A stretch of DNA of 64,000 nt from Candidatus Gastranaerophilales bacterium (GCA_944323195.1 CALURR010000122.1:46-64045); one strand, 5' to 3'. Shown: positions 28,399 to 36,691, numbered from the stretch's first letter. The notes: a model not told the origin generated them from the sequence alone. Made by a program: numbers and translations.

Positions 28399-28857
28399 CT
28401 ATTCATCCTCTTCATCATCTTCTTCATCATCATCGTCATCTTCATAATAATCAATAGAAGATTCTTTTAGTTCGCTTGCCTGTTCTTTTTGAGCAAGCTC
28501 AATAGCCTTTTCCCAAGTTGCTTTTAAACTTTTTAAGTATCTTAAAACTTCATCAATGGGTTCTACCTGCTTTTTAACATTTGCATATACTAATCTTCTT
28601 ATAAAATACTCATACAAACTTATCAAGTTCTCTGCCAATTGCGGAGCAACCTCTCTATCCATAGAATTGATAAATTCTTGAATTATATTTTGCGCACCAA
28701 TAAGATTATTGTGAGTCTGTTCAATTTGTTTATTTTGCATGGCAATCTTTGCTTTATTTAAAAATTGAATAGCACCATCATATAGCATTATTAATATTTG
28801 TTCGCGTGAGGCAGTTTCTATGCTTGATTTTTGATATTGTTTTACATACTGGTTCAT
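28399..28857 (-). CDS. fliS: flagellar export chaperone FliS with a poly-acidic C-terminal tail
   Basis: YQKSSIETASREQILIMLYDGAIQFL...NLIGAQNIIQEF...LISLYEYFIRRLVYANV is typical FliS. The ATG at 28857, with AGGAA upstream, sits 1 nt after the flaG stop. The tail is YYEDDDDDEEDDEEDE. Confidence 0.88.
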   Translation of the reverse strand: MNQYVKQYQKSSIETASREQILIMLYDGAIQFLNKAKIAMQNKQIEQTHNNLIGAQNIIQEFINSMDREVAPQLAENLISLYEYFIRRLVYANVKKQVEPIDEVLRYLKSLKATWEKAIELAQKEQASELKESSIDYYEDDDDDEEDDEEDE

Positions 28858-28858
28858 T

Positions 28859-29275
28859 TTAAAATTTCCTATTAACAATGGCACCTTGGGAATTAGCTAA
28901 ATAATATACAAGTTTAGATAATTCTTTAGCATTTATTTTCTCAACAATATTATTAGTTGCTTTTTCTACAATTAATATATCGTTCGTATCCTCATTAATC
29001 TTTAATCCATATTTATCACTTTGAGATAAATCATATTTAACTACAGTTTCTTTTTCTTCTTCTTGCGACTGGTCTTCTTGAGAATTTTCGTCAAAAGCAA
29101 AAGATGAATCCTCATGCTGTTTTTCTTTATCAGGGTCAACTTTTTGCCCTTCAGATAAACCATCTACAATTTTTACATCATTTGAAGTATTAAAATTGTT
29201 TACGTTATTCAACTCAGCAGAATTATAATCAGGAGTTATTCTCAATTGATTTAACGAAATTCCGTCTAATCCCAT
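28859..29275 (-). CDS. flaG: FlaG family flagellar protein
   Basis: The C-terminal half (LKINEDTNDILIVEKATNNIVEKINAKELSKL) matches the FlaG pattern, and the gene lies upstream of fliS. Confidence 0.65.
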   Translation of the reverse strand: MGLDGISLNQLRITPDYNSAELNNVNNFNTSNDVKIVDGLSEGQKVDPDKEKQHEDSSFAFDENSQEDQSQEEEKETVVKYDLSQSDKYGLKINEDTNDILIVEKATNNIVEKINAKELSKLVYYLANSQGAIVNRKF

Positions 29276-29390
29276 ATTTTTTTACTTTCGTAAATAATTA
29301 TAACTTACTTCACACATACCACAATAAATTATATAATGTATTTGTAAAAAAAACCAGATTATATATAATTAAATAAAAAGGGTAGATTAA

Positions 29391-30137
29391 ATGCAAAAAA
29401 CATCCGATTTATTCATTCAAAACATAAGAAATCTTCCTATATGGGTAAAGCAAGTTATAACAAAAGAAATACTTGAGGATTTAAGAAAAAAATTGGAAGA
29501 ATTTTCACAATTAATAGAAGGTGAAGATCTTTTTCAATACATGTGTCCAAAATTGACTTTTAAAGGAAAACAAGAGCTGCAAGAAAGAAATCTGAGGCTG
29601 TCTGAAGGATATTACATTTTTTTAAAAGACCTTTCAGAAGGTAATAATGTTTTTGAAATAACAATTAAAAACAACTGGACTTTAGCAGATAGTGCAAAAA
29701 TATTTTGCAGACTTAATGAATTAGAATTTCTACAAATAGACGATTATTTAACAAATAAAAATATAGCAGTTGCCCTTTTTATAGCCGGAAAAATTAAAAC
29801 AGGCGAATTTTTGAAAAGAATAGGCAAAATAAATGCAATTCAACTGGAACAAGCTATTCGCTACCAAAAAAAATTAAATGAAGAAGGTCGTCATATTAAG
29901 ATGGCAAGTATTTTAATTAAAATGGGTTTTATAACCGACAAAGGATTAGACAGCCTATTGCTGCTTAAGGATGAAGCAAGAAAACACTTGTCTTTTGGAG
30001 TAGGCCTAACATCAATAAAACTTCCTGACGGTTCTCAAAGCGAAGATCAAATCGCAAGAATGCAAAGAGAAATTGCACGTCTTGAAAATGAAAATACAAT
30101 AATGAAAAAACGTCTAAAAAAATTACTTAATCTTTAA
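29391..30137 (+). CDS. hypothetical protein with a tandem GspE/MshE N-terminal-like helix motif and a C-terminal coiled coil
   Basis: KTGEFLKRIGKINAIQLEQAIRYQ and KMASILIKMGFITDKGLDSLLLLK both fit xxGxxLxxxGxIxxxxLxxxLxxQ-type T2SSE_N repeats. The C-terminal segment (QIARMQREIARLENENTIMKKRLKKL) looks like a coiled coil. Confidence 0.55.
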   Translation: MQKTSDLFIQNIRNLPIWVKQVITKEILEDLRKKLEEFSQLIEGEDLFQYMCPKLTFKGKQELQERNLRLSEGYYIFLKDLSEGNNVFEITIKNNWTLADSAKIFCRLNELEFLQIDDYLTNKNIAVALFIAGKIKTGEFLKRIGKINAIQLEQAIRYQKKLNEEGRHIKMASILIKMGFITDKGLDSLLLLKDEARKHLSFGVGLTSIKLPDGSQSEDQIARMQREIARLENENTIMKKRLKKLLNL

Positions 30138-31072
30138 TGAAAAATAATGCCTCAATTTTATTAACCACAAAAAGAAACAACTGCATTGATTCAATATATT
30201 ATGGCAGTATATATTTAGCTAACAAGAAGGGAATATATAAAACAATAGGTTTTGAACAAAAAACCCTGTTTTACATGCGATCCCTTGCTAAACCCCTGCA
30301 GGCGTCAATTATGTGTGATTGCAATATAATTAAAGACTACAATTTCACACAAAAAGAACTAGCTATATTTTGCGCATCACACGCAGGAGATATTGAACAC
30401 ATAAAAATATTGAAAAATCTGTTAAAAAAACATGACTTAAAAATAAAAGATATAGACATAATAGCGCAAGAACCACTGGATTTAAGACATTTTAAAGGCA
30501 GGAAAACCAAACTGCACAATAATTGCTCAGCAAAACACATAATGATGTTATTAATGTCAAAATATAAAGGTTTTAATCTTATAGGCTATACAGATGAAAA
30601 ACACCCGATTCAGCAATTAATAAAAGAAAAACAAGAAAAATTATCAAAACAAAAATGCAATAAATTAAGCTATGACGGCTGCGGCACGCCGCTATGGGCA
30701 ATAAGTGCAGAAAATATCATTAAATCGTATTTTAATTTAATTAAAAATAAAGATTTTCAACCGATATTAAATTCTATATTAAAATACCCCGATATATACG
30801 GAGGATACAATAGATTTGACAGCGAAATAATACAACTTTCTAAAGGAAAATTATTCTCAAAAGTAGGTGCAGGCGGCTTTGTAATTATTTACAATCTTGA
30901 AAAAGATGAAATCCTGCTTGTCAAAATGACTCAAAACAACAACGAAGCAAGAAAATTAATAACTCTAGACATATTAAACAAATTAAATTGGCTTAATACA
31001 AAACCAGTAGAATATGAGCTAAATCAAAAAAAACAAAAAGTTGCAAAATATTGTTACGAATTTAAACTTTAA
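30137..31072 (+). CDS. asparaginase II family protein (PF06089-like)
   Basis: Ordered motifs RSLAKPLQA, CASHAGDIEH, NNCSAKHIMML and DGCGTP match the Rhizobium-type asparaginase II family. The ATG overlaps the upstream stop (TAATG). Confidence 0.75.
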   Translation: MKNNASILLTTKRNNCIDSIYYGSIYLANKKGIYKTIGFEQKTLFYMRSLAKPLQASIMCDCNIIKDYNFTQKELAIFCASHAGDIEHIKILKNLLKKHDLKIKDIDIIAQEPLDLRHFKGRKTKLHNNCSAKHIMMLLMSKYKGFNLIGYTDEKHPIQQLIKEKQEKLSKQKCNKLSYDGCGTPLWAISAENIIKSYFNLIKNKDFQPILNSILKYPDIYGGYNRFDSEIIQLSKGKLFSKVGAGGFVIIYNLEKDEILLVKMTQNNNEARKLITLDILNKLNWLNTKPVEYELNQKKQKVAKYCYEFKL

Positions 31073-31108
31073 TGATATAAAAAATAAAATTTAGGTTAGA
31101 ATAATTTT

Positions 31109-31558
31109 ATGAGCAGTGGATATATGAATTTAAAGTCAAGAGTTCAAAAACAACAAAAGAAAAAAATCAGAAAAATTCGATTCTATCATTCTTTTTTGAC
31201 AATTGTGCTTTTGTTGTGTGTATGTCAAATTAGCTATAGTGCACTTTTAAACTTAGCAAAAATTGTCGTATATCAAACAAAAATCGTAAAAGCCCAAGAA
31301 TTAAAAACTCAAGCAGAAGAAAGAAATAAACACCTAAAAAGCGAAATTAAAAATTTTTCTTCAATGTACAAAGTTGAGTCCATCGCAAGAAACAACCTAA
31401 AAATGGCAGCAAAAGATGAAGTTTTAATTATTATTAATCAACAAAACGAAGAAACAAAAACTACGGAAAATATTCCAAACAATAAATTTGTTAAATTCTT
31501 AGAAACGTTTTCATCCAAATTTAACAGAGATGTATCAAGCGAAAAAGCTTCAGAATAA
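31109..31558 (+). CDS. septum formation initiator (FtsB/DivIC family) protein
   Basis: Basic N-terminus, one TM helix (FLTIVLLLCVCQISY), then a coiled coil and the KVESIARNNLKMAAKDEVLII motif typical of DivIC/FtsB. Confidence 0.6.
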   Translation: MSSGYMNLKSRVQKQQKKKIRKIRFYHSFLTIVLLLCVCQISYSALLNLAKIVVYQTKIVKAQELKTQAEERNKHLKSEIKNFSSMYKVESIARNNLKMAAKDEVLIIINQQNEETKTTENIPNNKFVKFLETFSSKFNRDVSSEKASE

Positions 31559-31816
31559 TTTATTTCACCAACCTAATTCTTTGGTTGTCTGCTGATATAT
31601 TTAAAATGGCAGCAACAGAAAGCCTTCTTCTTTTAATCATGGCTTTTTCGATTATTTCACAAGCAGATATTTTATTTTTTACATGTTTCATTGAATTAAA
31701 CATATGCCACCCGATAATTCACTCTTATAATCATTAACGGCACATATGGTTTTTTCTTTAGTCAATATTAAATTATATTAAGAAAACTTTTGTTTTATTT
31801 AATGTATAATAGTCAT

Positions 31817-33148
31817 ATGGAAAAAATAAGAGTAATAGGGGCGGGTTTAGCAGGCAGCGAAGCTGCAATATATTTAGCAAAAAAAGGCTACAATGTTGAT
31901 TTGTTCGAAATGAGACCAAAATATCAAACAGGAGCACATACAACAGACTATCCTGCTGAGTTTGTATGTTCAAATTCTCTAGGCTCACTAGATATATTGT
32001 CCGCCTCAGGATTACTAAAACAAGAAGCAATAGAACTTGGATCAACTTTATTTCCAACAGCAATAAAAAATAAGGTTCCTTCAGGAAACTCTCTATCAAT
32101 AGACAGATTTGGTTTTTGTAAAGAAATAAAAGAAATAATTAATTCTCTAAGCAACATTACAACAATAAATGAAAAATACGAGAAAATAGACACATCAATC
32201 CCAACAATAATTGCAACAGGCCCGCTAAGCGCAAAAGAATTAGCCCAAAACATTAAAGAAGAATTTGGCGAAAATGACTTCCATTTTTATGACGCTATAG
32301 CGCCAATAATTGAAAAAGATTCGATAGACTTTACTAAAGCTTTTTATGCCTCAAGATGGGATAAAGGTAATGCGGACTTTATTAATTGTCCAATGAATAA
32401 AGAAGAATATGAAAACTTTTACAACATACTAATAAATGCTCAAAGAGCGCCATTAAAAGAGTTTGAAGCAAGCTATTTTGAAGGTTGCATGCCAATTGAA
32501 GTTATGGCTTCAAGAGGAATAGACACATTAAGATTTGGACCAATGAAGCCGGTTGGGCTGTTTGATAAAAGAATAGAAACCCAATTTAAAAAAAATCAAT
32601 TTTACGCAGTTGTTCAACTAAGACAAGATGACAAAATGGCAAATTTATACAATCTGGTAGGCTTTCAAACCAACCTAAAATGGGGAGAGCAAAAAAAATT
32701 AATACAAAGTATACCATCGCTTGAAAATGCAACTATAACAAGGTACGGTGTAATGCATGCCAATACTTTTATTAATTCACCAAAAATCCTAAATAAACAC
32801 CTTCAGACAAAGAAATATGCTAATTTATTTTTTGCAGGACAAATTACAGGGGTTGAAGGATATTGCGAAAGCATATCAACAGGATTATTTGCCGCAATTA
32901 ATATAGACAGACATTTAAAAAACAAACCTCTTATCTCTCTTAACAATGAAACAATGCTTGGTGCATTAATTGACTATATTACTTTTGAAGAACATAAAAA
33001 ATTCCAGCCAATAAACGCTAACTGGGGGATAACAAAAGAAGTAGAAGGCGATAAAAGAAAATTAAAAGATAAAAAATACAAAAATGAACTACGCTCAAAA
33101 AGAGCAATGGATGAGATAGAAAAAATAAAAAATATTATAGGAGAATAA
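31817..33148 (+). CDS. trmFO: methylenetetrahydrofolate--tRNA-(uracil54-C5)-methyltransferase TrmFO
   Basis: MEKIRVIGAGLAGSEAA, VCSNSLG and GQITGVEGYCES motifs. The ATG at 31817 matches the N-termini of known TrmFO proteins. The ORF-track TTG at 31790 is rejected. Confidence 0.92.
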   Translation: MEKIRVIGAGLAGSEAAIYLAKKGYNVDLFEMRPKYQTGAHTTDYPAEFVCSNSLGSLDILSASGLLKQEAIELGSTLFPTAIKNKVPSGNSLSIDRFGFCKEIKEIINSLSNITTINEKYEKIDTSIPTIIATGPLSAKELAQNIKEEFGENDFHFYDAIAPIIEKDSIDFTKAFYASRWDKGNADFINCPMNKEEYENFYNILINAQRAPLKEFEASYFEGCMPIEVMASRGIDTLRFGPMKPVGLFDKRIETQFKKNQFYAVVQLRQDDKMANLYNLVGFQTNLKWGEQKKLIQSIPSLENATITRYGVMHANTFINSPKILNKHLQTKKYANLFFAGQITGVEGYCESISTGLFAAINIDRHLKNKPLISLNNETMLGALIDYITFEEHKKFQPINANWGITKEVEGDKRKLKDKKYKNELRSKRAMDEIEKIKNIIGE

Positions 33149-33152
33149 CACT

Positions 33153-34640
33153 ATGAGATTTTTAACAAAAAAAATAGAAGAATTTGACTCAGATACAATT
33201 ATATGTTTCATTTGGGAAGATTACAAGGCCAATAGCCCGCTTATCAACTACTTAAACAAGCTTTCAGACGGTCAACTTTTAAATCAAATTGAAACATGTA
33301 AAATATTCAAAGGCGAATTTATGGAAACATATAAATTTGCAATTAATGAAAATCTAAAATTATTATTAGCAGGTTTAGGAAAAAAAGAAAATTTAACAAG
33401 AAAAAAATTCTCTCAAGTTGTTGCAAATGCTGCAAGGTGCGCAAAAACAATGACAAAAAACAACTCAATAGCTGTAGAATTAATTGAAAATACAAATGAA
33501 TGCAGCAATATCATTAAAAACTTCACTAAAGAAGATTCAGCAAAAATGACTCTATGTTCATTAAGAATAGGACTATATGAATTTGATAAATATTTATCAG
33601 ACAAAAAACCAAAAGTTGAAACAATTGAATTATTAGATAATAACCTAACTAAAGAAATTGAACATAGTGCAGAAATTGGCGCATATACATCATTTGCAAT
33701 GAAATTTGCAAAAGATTTAGTTAATGAACAAGCGCAAATAGCAACCCCGCAATACATTGCAAATATAGCTTGCCAAATTGCAAAAGAACATAAATTAGAA
33801 GCAAGAATATATGATAAAAACCAAATAAAAGAACTTAATATGAATGCATTTTTGGCAGTAGGTCAAGGAAGCGTCCATGAACCAAAGTTTGTACATTTGA
33901 CCTACAAACCAAAATGCACCCCAAGAAAAAAAATAGCCCTTGTAGGCAAAGGCATAACATTTGATGCAGGCGGAATGAATATCAAACCGGCCAGCTCAAT
34001 GCTAACAATGAAAGACGATATGACCGGTGCTGCAAGTGTTTTAGGAATAATCCAAGCGATAGCAAAACTGGAGTGCGATATTGAATTGCACGCAATTTGC
34101 GCATTATGCGAAAATATGACCTCAGGATCAGCTTATAAACAAGGTGATGTATTAACAGCAATGAACGGTAAAACAATTGAGGTGGATAACACTGATGCTG
34201 AAGGCAGAATAACACTGGCTGATGCCCTCTGTTACTGTGACAAATTAAATGTTGACGAAGTAATTGATATAGCAACCCTAACAGGTGCAGTCATTGTTTC
34301 TTTGGGAAACAATATCACAGGAGTTATGGGAAACAATCAAAGTCAAATCAATAAATTTATTGAAACATCTATAAAATCAGCAGAAAACACATGGCAAATG
34401 CCTATATTAGATGAATTAAAAGACAATCTAAAATCAAATATAGCCGATATGAAAAACACAGGAGGCAGACAAGCAGGAACGTCGACTGCGGCTTGGTTTC
34501 TATCAAACTTTACAAAATCAAACTCTTGGCTACACTTAGATATAGCAGGAACTGCATATCTTGACAAGTCAAATAAAGAAACATTGCAAGGTCCGACAGG
34601 AGTAATGATTAGAACACTAATAAATTATCTAATATCATAG
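33153..34640 (+). CDS. pepA: leucyl aminopeptidase (M17)
   Basis: VGKGITFDAGGMNIKP and NTDAEGRITLADAL signature motifs. Confidence 0.93.
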   Translation: MRFLTKKIEEFDSDTIICFIWEDYKANSPLINYLNKLSDGQLLNQIETCKIFKGEFMETYKFAINENLKLLLAGLGKKENLTRKKFSQVVANAARCAKTMTKNNSIAVELIENTNECSNIIKNFTKEDSAKMTLCSLRIGLYEFDKYLSDKKPKVETIELLDNNLTKEIEHSAEIGAYTSFAMKFAKDLVNEQAQIATPQYIANIACQIAKEHKLEARIYDKNQIKELNMNAFLAVGQGSVHEPKFVHLTYKPKCTPRKKIALVGKGITFDAGGMNIKPASSMLTMKDDMTGAASVLGIIQAIAKLECDIELHAICALCENMTSGSAYKQGDVLTAMNGKTIEVDNTDAEGRITLADALCYCDKLNVDEVIDIATLTGAVIVSLGNNITGVMGNNQSQINKFIETSIKSAENTWQMPILDELKDNLKSNIADMKNTGGRQAGTSTAAWFLSNFTKSNSWLHLDIAGTAYLDKSNKETLQGPTGVMIRTLINYLIS

Positions 34641-34657
34641 CTAAAAAGGAGGAAAGT

Positions 34658-34945
34658 ATGAAAGAGATTTTATCAACTATGGCACTAATGGCGCTATTAA
34701 CTATGGCTACCCCCGTATTTGCAGCAGGAACACATGGTACAGATGGACACGTATCAGCAAGAAGTGTTGGCGCTTCATTGTGTTCATTATTAGTATGGCC
34801 CGGAATCGGACAAGCAATAAATGGTCAATCAGCGGACAAAAACATTACACATGCTGTATTGGGTTTAACAGGCGTATTCAGACTATGGTCATTCTATGAT
34901 GCAATTATAGATAGACAAGGCGGAGTTTGGCACAATAGAATATAA
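34658..34945 (+). CDS. small secreted/membrane protein (95 aa)
   Basis: Very strong SD (aAGGAGGaaagtATG), a signal peptide ending VFAAG, then two hydrophobic helices with WPGIGQAINGQ and LWSFYDAII motifs. GC-richer than its surroundings. Confidence 0.65.
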   Translation: MKEILSTMALMALLTMATPVFAAGTHGTDGHVSARSVGASLCSLLVWPGIGQAINGQSADKNITHAVLGLTGVFRLWSFYDAIIDRQGGVWHNRI

Positions 34946-34976
34946 TTTTTAAATTAAAACCAAATTCTTAAAAACC

Positions 34977-35004
34977 AAAAAGCCCTGAATATTCAGGGCT
35001 TTTT
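34977..35004. terminator. bidirectional rho-independent terminator
   Basis: aaaaAGCCCTGAATATTCAGGGCTtttt perfect palindrome between convergent genes. Confidence 0.85.
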
Positions 35005-35025
35005 AAACTTATTAATTAATTTATA

Positions 35026-35880
35026 TTAAAAGAAACTTGGTTTTTTAACAGCTTGAGCACCTTGCATAGCTTCCCAATTAGCAGCCATAATCTTTTTGAA
35101 AGATTTTAGTGCTGTATCTTCAAGTTCGCCTAATTCTTCAGCATTAATGATTAATTCACGAAGTGGTAATAAAGCTCTTTGATCACGTAAAACGCCAAGA
35201 GCAGCTGCTGCACCGGCACGAACTAAATCATTTTCTTTTTCATTTTTCATAACTTCAATCAAACCAGGAACGGCTTTTCTGTCATTTAATTTACCTAATG
35301 AAGTTACTGCATAAATTCTAACATTTACCCATTCATCTTTTAACATGTTAATGATTTTATCAACACATTTAGGATTACCAATTTCACCTAAAGCACGAGT
35401 TGCATCGCAACGAACATTAACTTTTTCATGATCCAAAGAAGCAATTAAAGCGTCTGTTGCAACATCACCTATTTCGATTAAAGCTTCAGTTGCAGTAATG
35501 CAAACTTGAGGGTTTTCATCATTTAGGGCTTCAACAAGAGGTTCAACAACTACTTCGCCACCAAGACGACCTAGTGCACGAGCTGCACGAACACGAACAT
35601 CAACGTTTCTGTCTAATCTTAATGACTCAATTAAAGGTTCAGTTGCAGTTACATCACCAAGTTCGCCTAAAGCACGAGCGGCATATAAACGAACAGAACC
35701 ATTTTTATCATTTTTTAATACATCAATTAAAGGTTCAACAGCATTAAAATCGCCCATTTCGCCAAGAATTCTAGCAGCATTATATCTAACTTTTTCAGAA
35801 TTAGAAGTTTTTAAATCGTTAACTAACTCATCAAAAGATTTTTTACTTGTTTTTTTGCGATTGTTCACACTAATTGTCAT
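35026..35880 (-). CDS. HEAT-repeat protein (PBS-lyase HEAT-like repeats)
   Basis: About seven repeats of roughly 31 aa of the form VR..AARALGE.GD..AVEPLI..L.D. The ATG at 35880 has GGAGG 6 nt upstream, and the upstream extension is rejected. Uses GC-richer codons. Confidence 0.85.
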   Translation of the reverse strand: MTISVNNRKKTSKKSFDELVNDLKTSNSEKVRYNAARILGEMGDFNAVEPLIDVLKNDKNGSVRLYAARALGELGDVTATEPLIESLRLDRNVDVRVRAARALGRLGGEVVVEPLVEALNDENPQVCITATEALIEIGDVATDALIASLDHEKVNVRCDATRALGEIGNPKCVDKIINMLKDEWVNVRIYAVTSLGKLNDRKAVPGLIEVMKNEKENDLVRAGAAAALGVLRDQRALLPLRELIINAEELGELEDTALKSFKKIMAANWEAMQGAQAVKKPSFF

Positions 35881-36295
35881 TGATTTCCTCCAATAACATT
35901 TACACACTATTACCTATATATTTATAAAATATTTTTATTTAAAATAATTGCCATGTTTGTTGTTAATTTTTAAAATTTGTAACGAATATTTTATATCTAC
36001 TGTTTAATTTTTTCACTTTTAATTAATTGGTCGCAGCATTTTTTTAACTGCTTAGCTATATTACCATTTTTTTTATAGTTTGTCTTACATTATTTGATTT
36101 AGAAGAAGATTTTAAATAATTATTTAAGTAAAGTTACCGAACATTATTGATTTTTGATTAAATTCAATTTTACATTTCTTAACATAAATTGACTTTTTTT
36201 TCTTATTTGTGCTTGGCAATAAAATATAACGCATGATAATAAATATAATTATAACAATTTTAGAATAATCTTTAATAGGACAACAAGGTATTAGA

Positions 36296-36325
36296 AACAA
36301 AAAACTTCGCTTAATTGCGAAGTTT
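36296..36325 (-). terminator. rho-independent terminator of tRNA-Leu
   Basis: AAACTTCGC ttaatt GCGAAGTTT stem (36302-36325), followed on the minus strand by TTTTTT. Confidence 0.75.
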
Positions 36326-36334
36326 ATTTTAAAT

Positions 36335-36421
36335 TGCCCTGGGCCAGACTTGAACTGGCACGAAGTTATTAGCCTCATCGGATTTTAAGTCCGACGTGTC
36401 TACCGATTCCACCACCAGGGC
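36335..36421 (-). tRNA. tRNA-Leu (anticodon UAA), CCA not encoded
   Basis: The reverse complement folds as a class II tRNA: acceptor GCCCTGG/CCAGGGC, D-arm GGAATCGGTAGAC, anticodon stem TCGGA/TCCGA with loop CTTAAAA, a long variable arm, and T-arm GTTCAAGTC. Very similar to E. coli tRNA-Leu(UAA) as I recall it. Confidence 0.93.
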
Positions 36422-36478
36422 AAATATTAAATTTTCAAACACTTTAACCGTGCCTTGTAATAATACTATGAAAAAAAA

Positions 36479-36691
36479 TTATTGTCCAGCACTTTTTTCT
36501 ATAACTTCATTCATGGCTTTAACCATCTCATCAGGGTCAATTCCATGAACTTTAGCGCCTGCTTCAAGATTTTCAAATCGAGCAGCAGCGCAACCAATAC
36601 AACCCATGTTATATTGCGCAAAAACCTCTAAAGTTTCCGGATGTGCTGTCACAATATCCATTATACCCATTTCTTTTGTAATTTTATCCAT
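36479..36691 (-). CDS. DUF1858 / hybrid-cluster-protein-associated redox disulfide protein
   Basis: 70 aa with ITKEMGIMDIV..HPET.EVF....MGCIGC....ENLEAGAKVHGIDPDEM, the characteristic DUF1858 pattern with a CxxC motif. Confidence 0.75.
   Translation of the reverse strand: MDKITKEMGIMDIVTAHPETLEVFAQYNMGCIGCAAARFENLEAGAKVHGIDPDEMVKAMNEVIEKSAGQ

Noticed and set aside
31773-32253. Two antisense ORFs (31773-32099 and 31948-32253) opposite the trmFO 5-prime region.
   Set aside because: trmFO is unambiguous on the plus strand, and the antisense translations are Leu-rich low-complexity sequence.
36124-36378. 84-aa ORF-track entry on the minus strand.
   Set aside because: Its 5-prime part overlaps the tRNA-Leu gene and the tRNA terminator. 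The translation (poly-Ile/Lys, KKKKS) looks like non-coding AT-rich DNA.
34946-36421. Hypothesis that the GC-richer genes 34658-35880 plus the AT-rich spacer form a genomic island integrated at tRNA-Leu.
   Set aside because: There is no integrase or mobility gene. I could not find a direct repeat of the tRNA 3-prime end at the far boundary; only a trivial GCCCTG match occurs in the terminator. fusA shows a similar GC shift, so expression-linked codon usage is an equally good explanation. It is kept only as a low-weight alternative in the findings.
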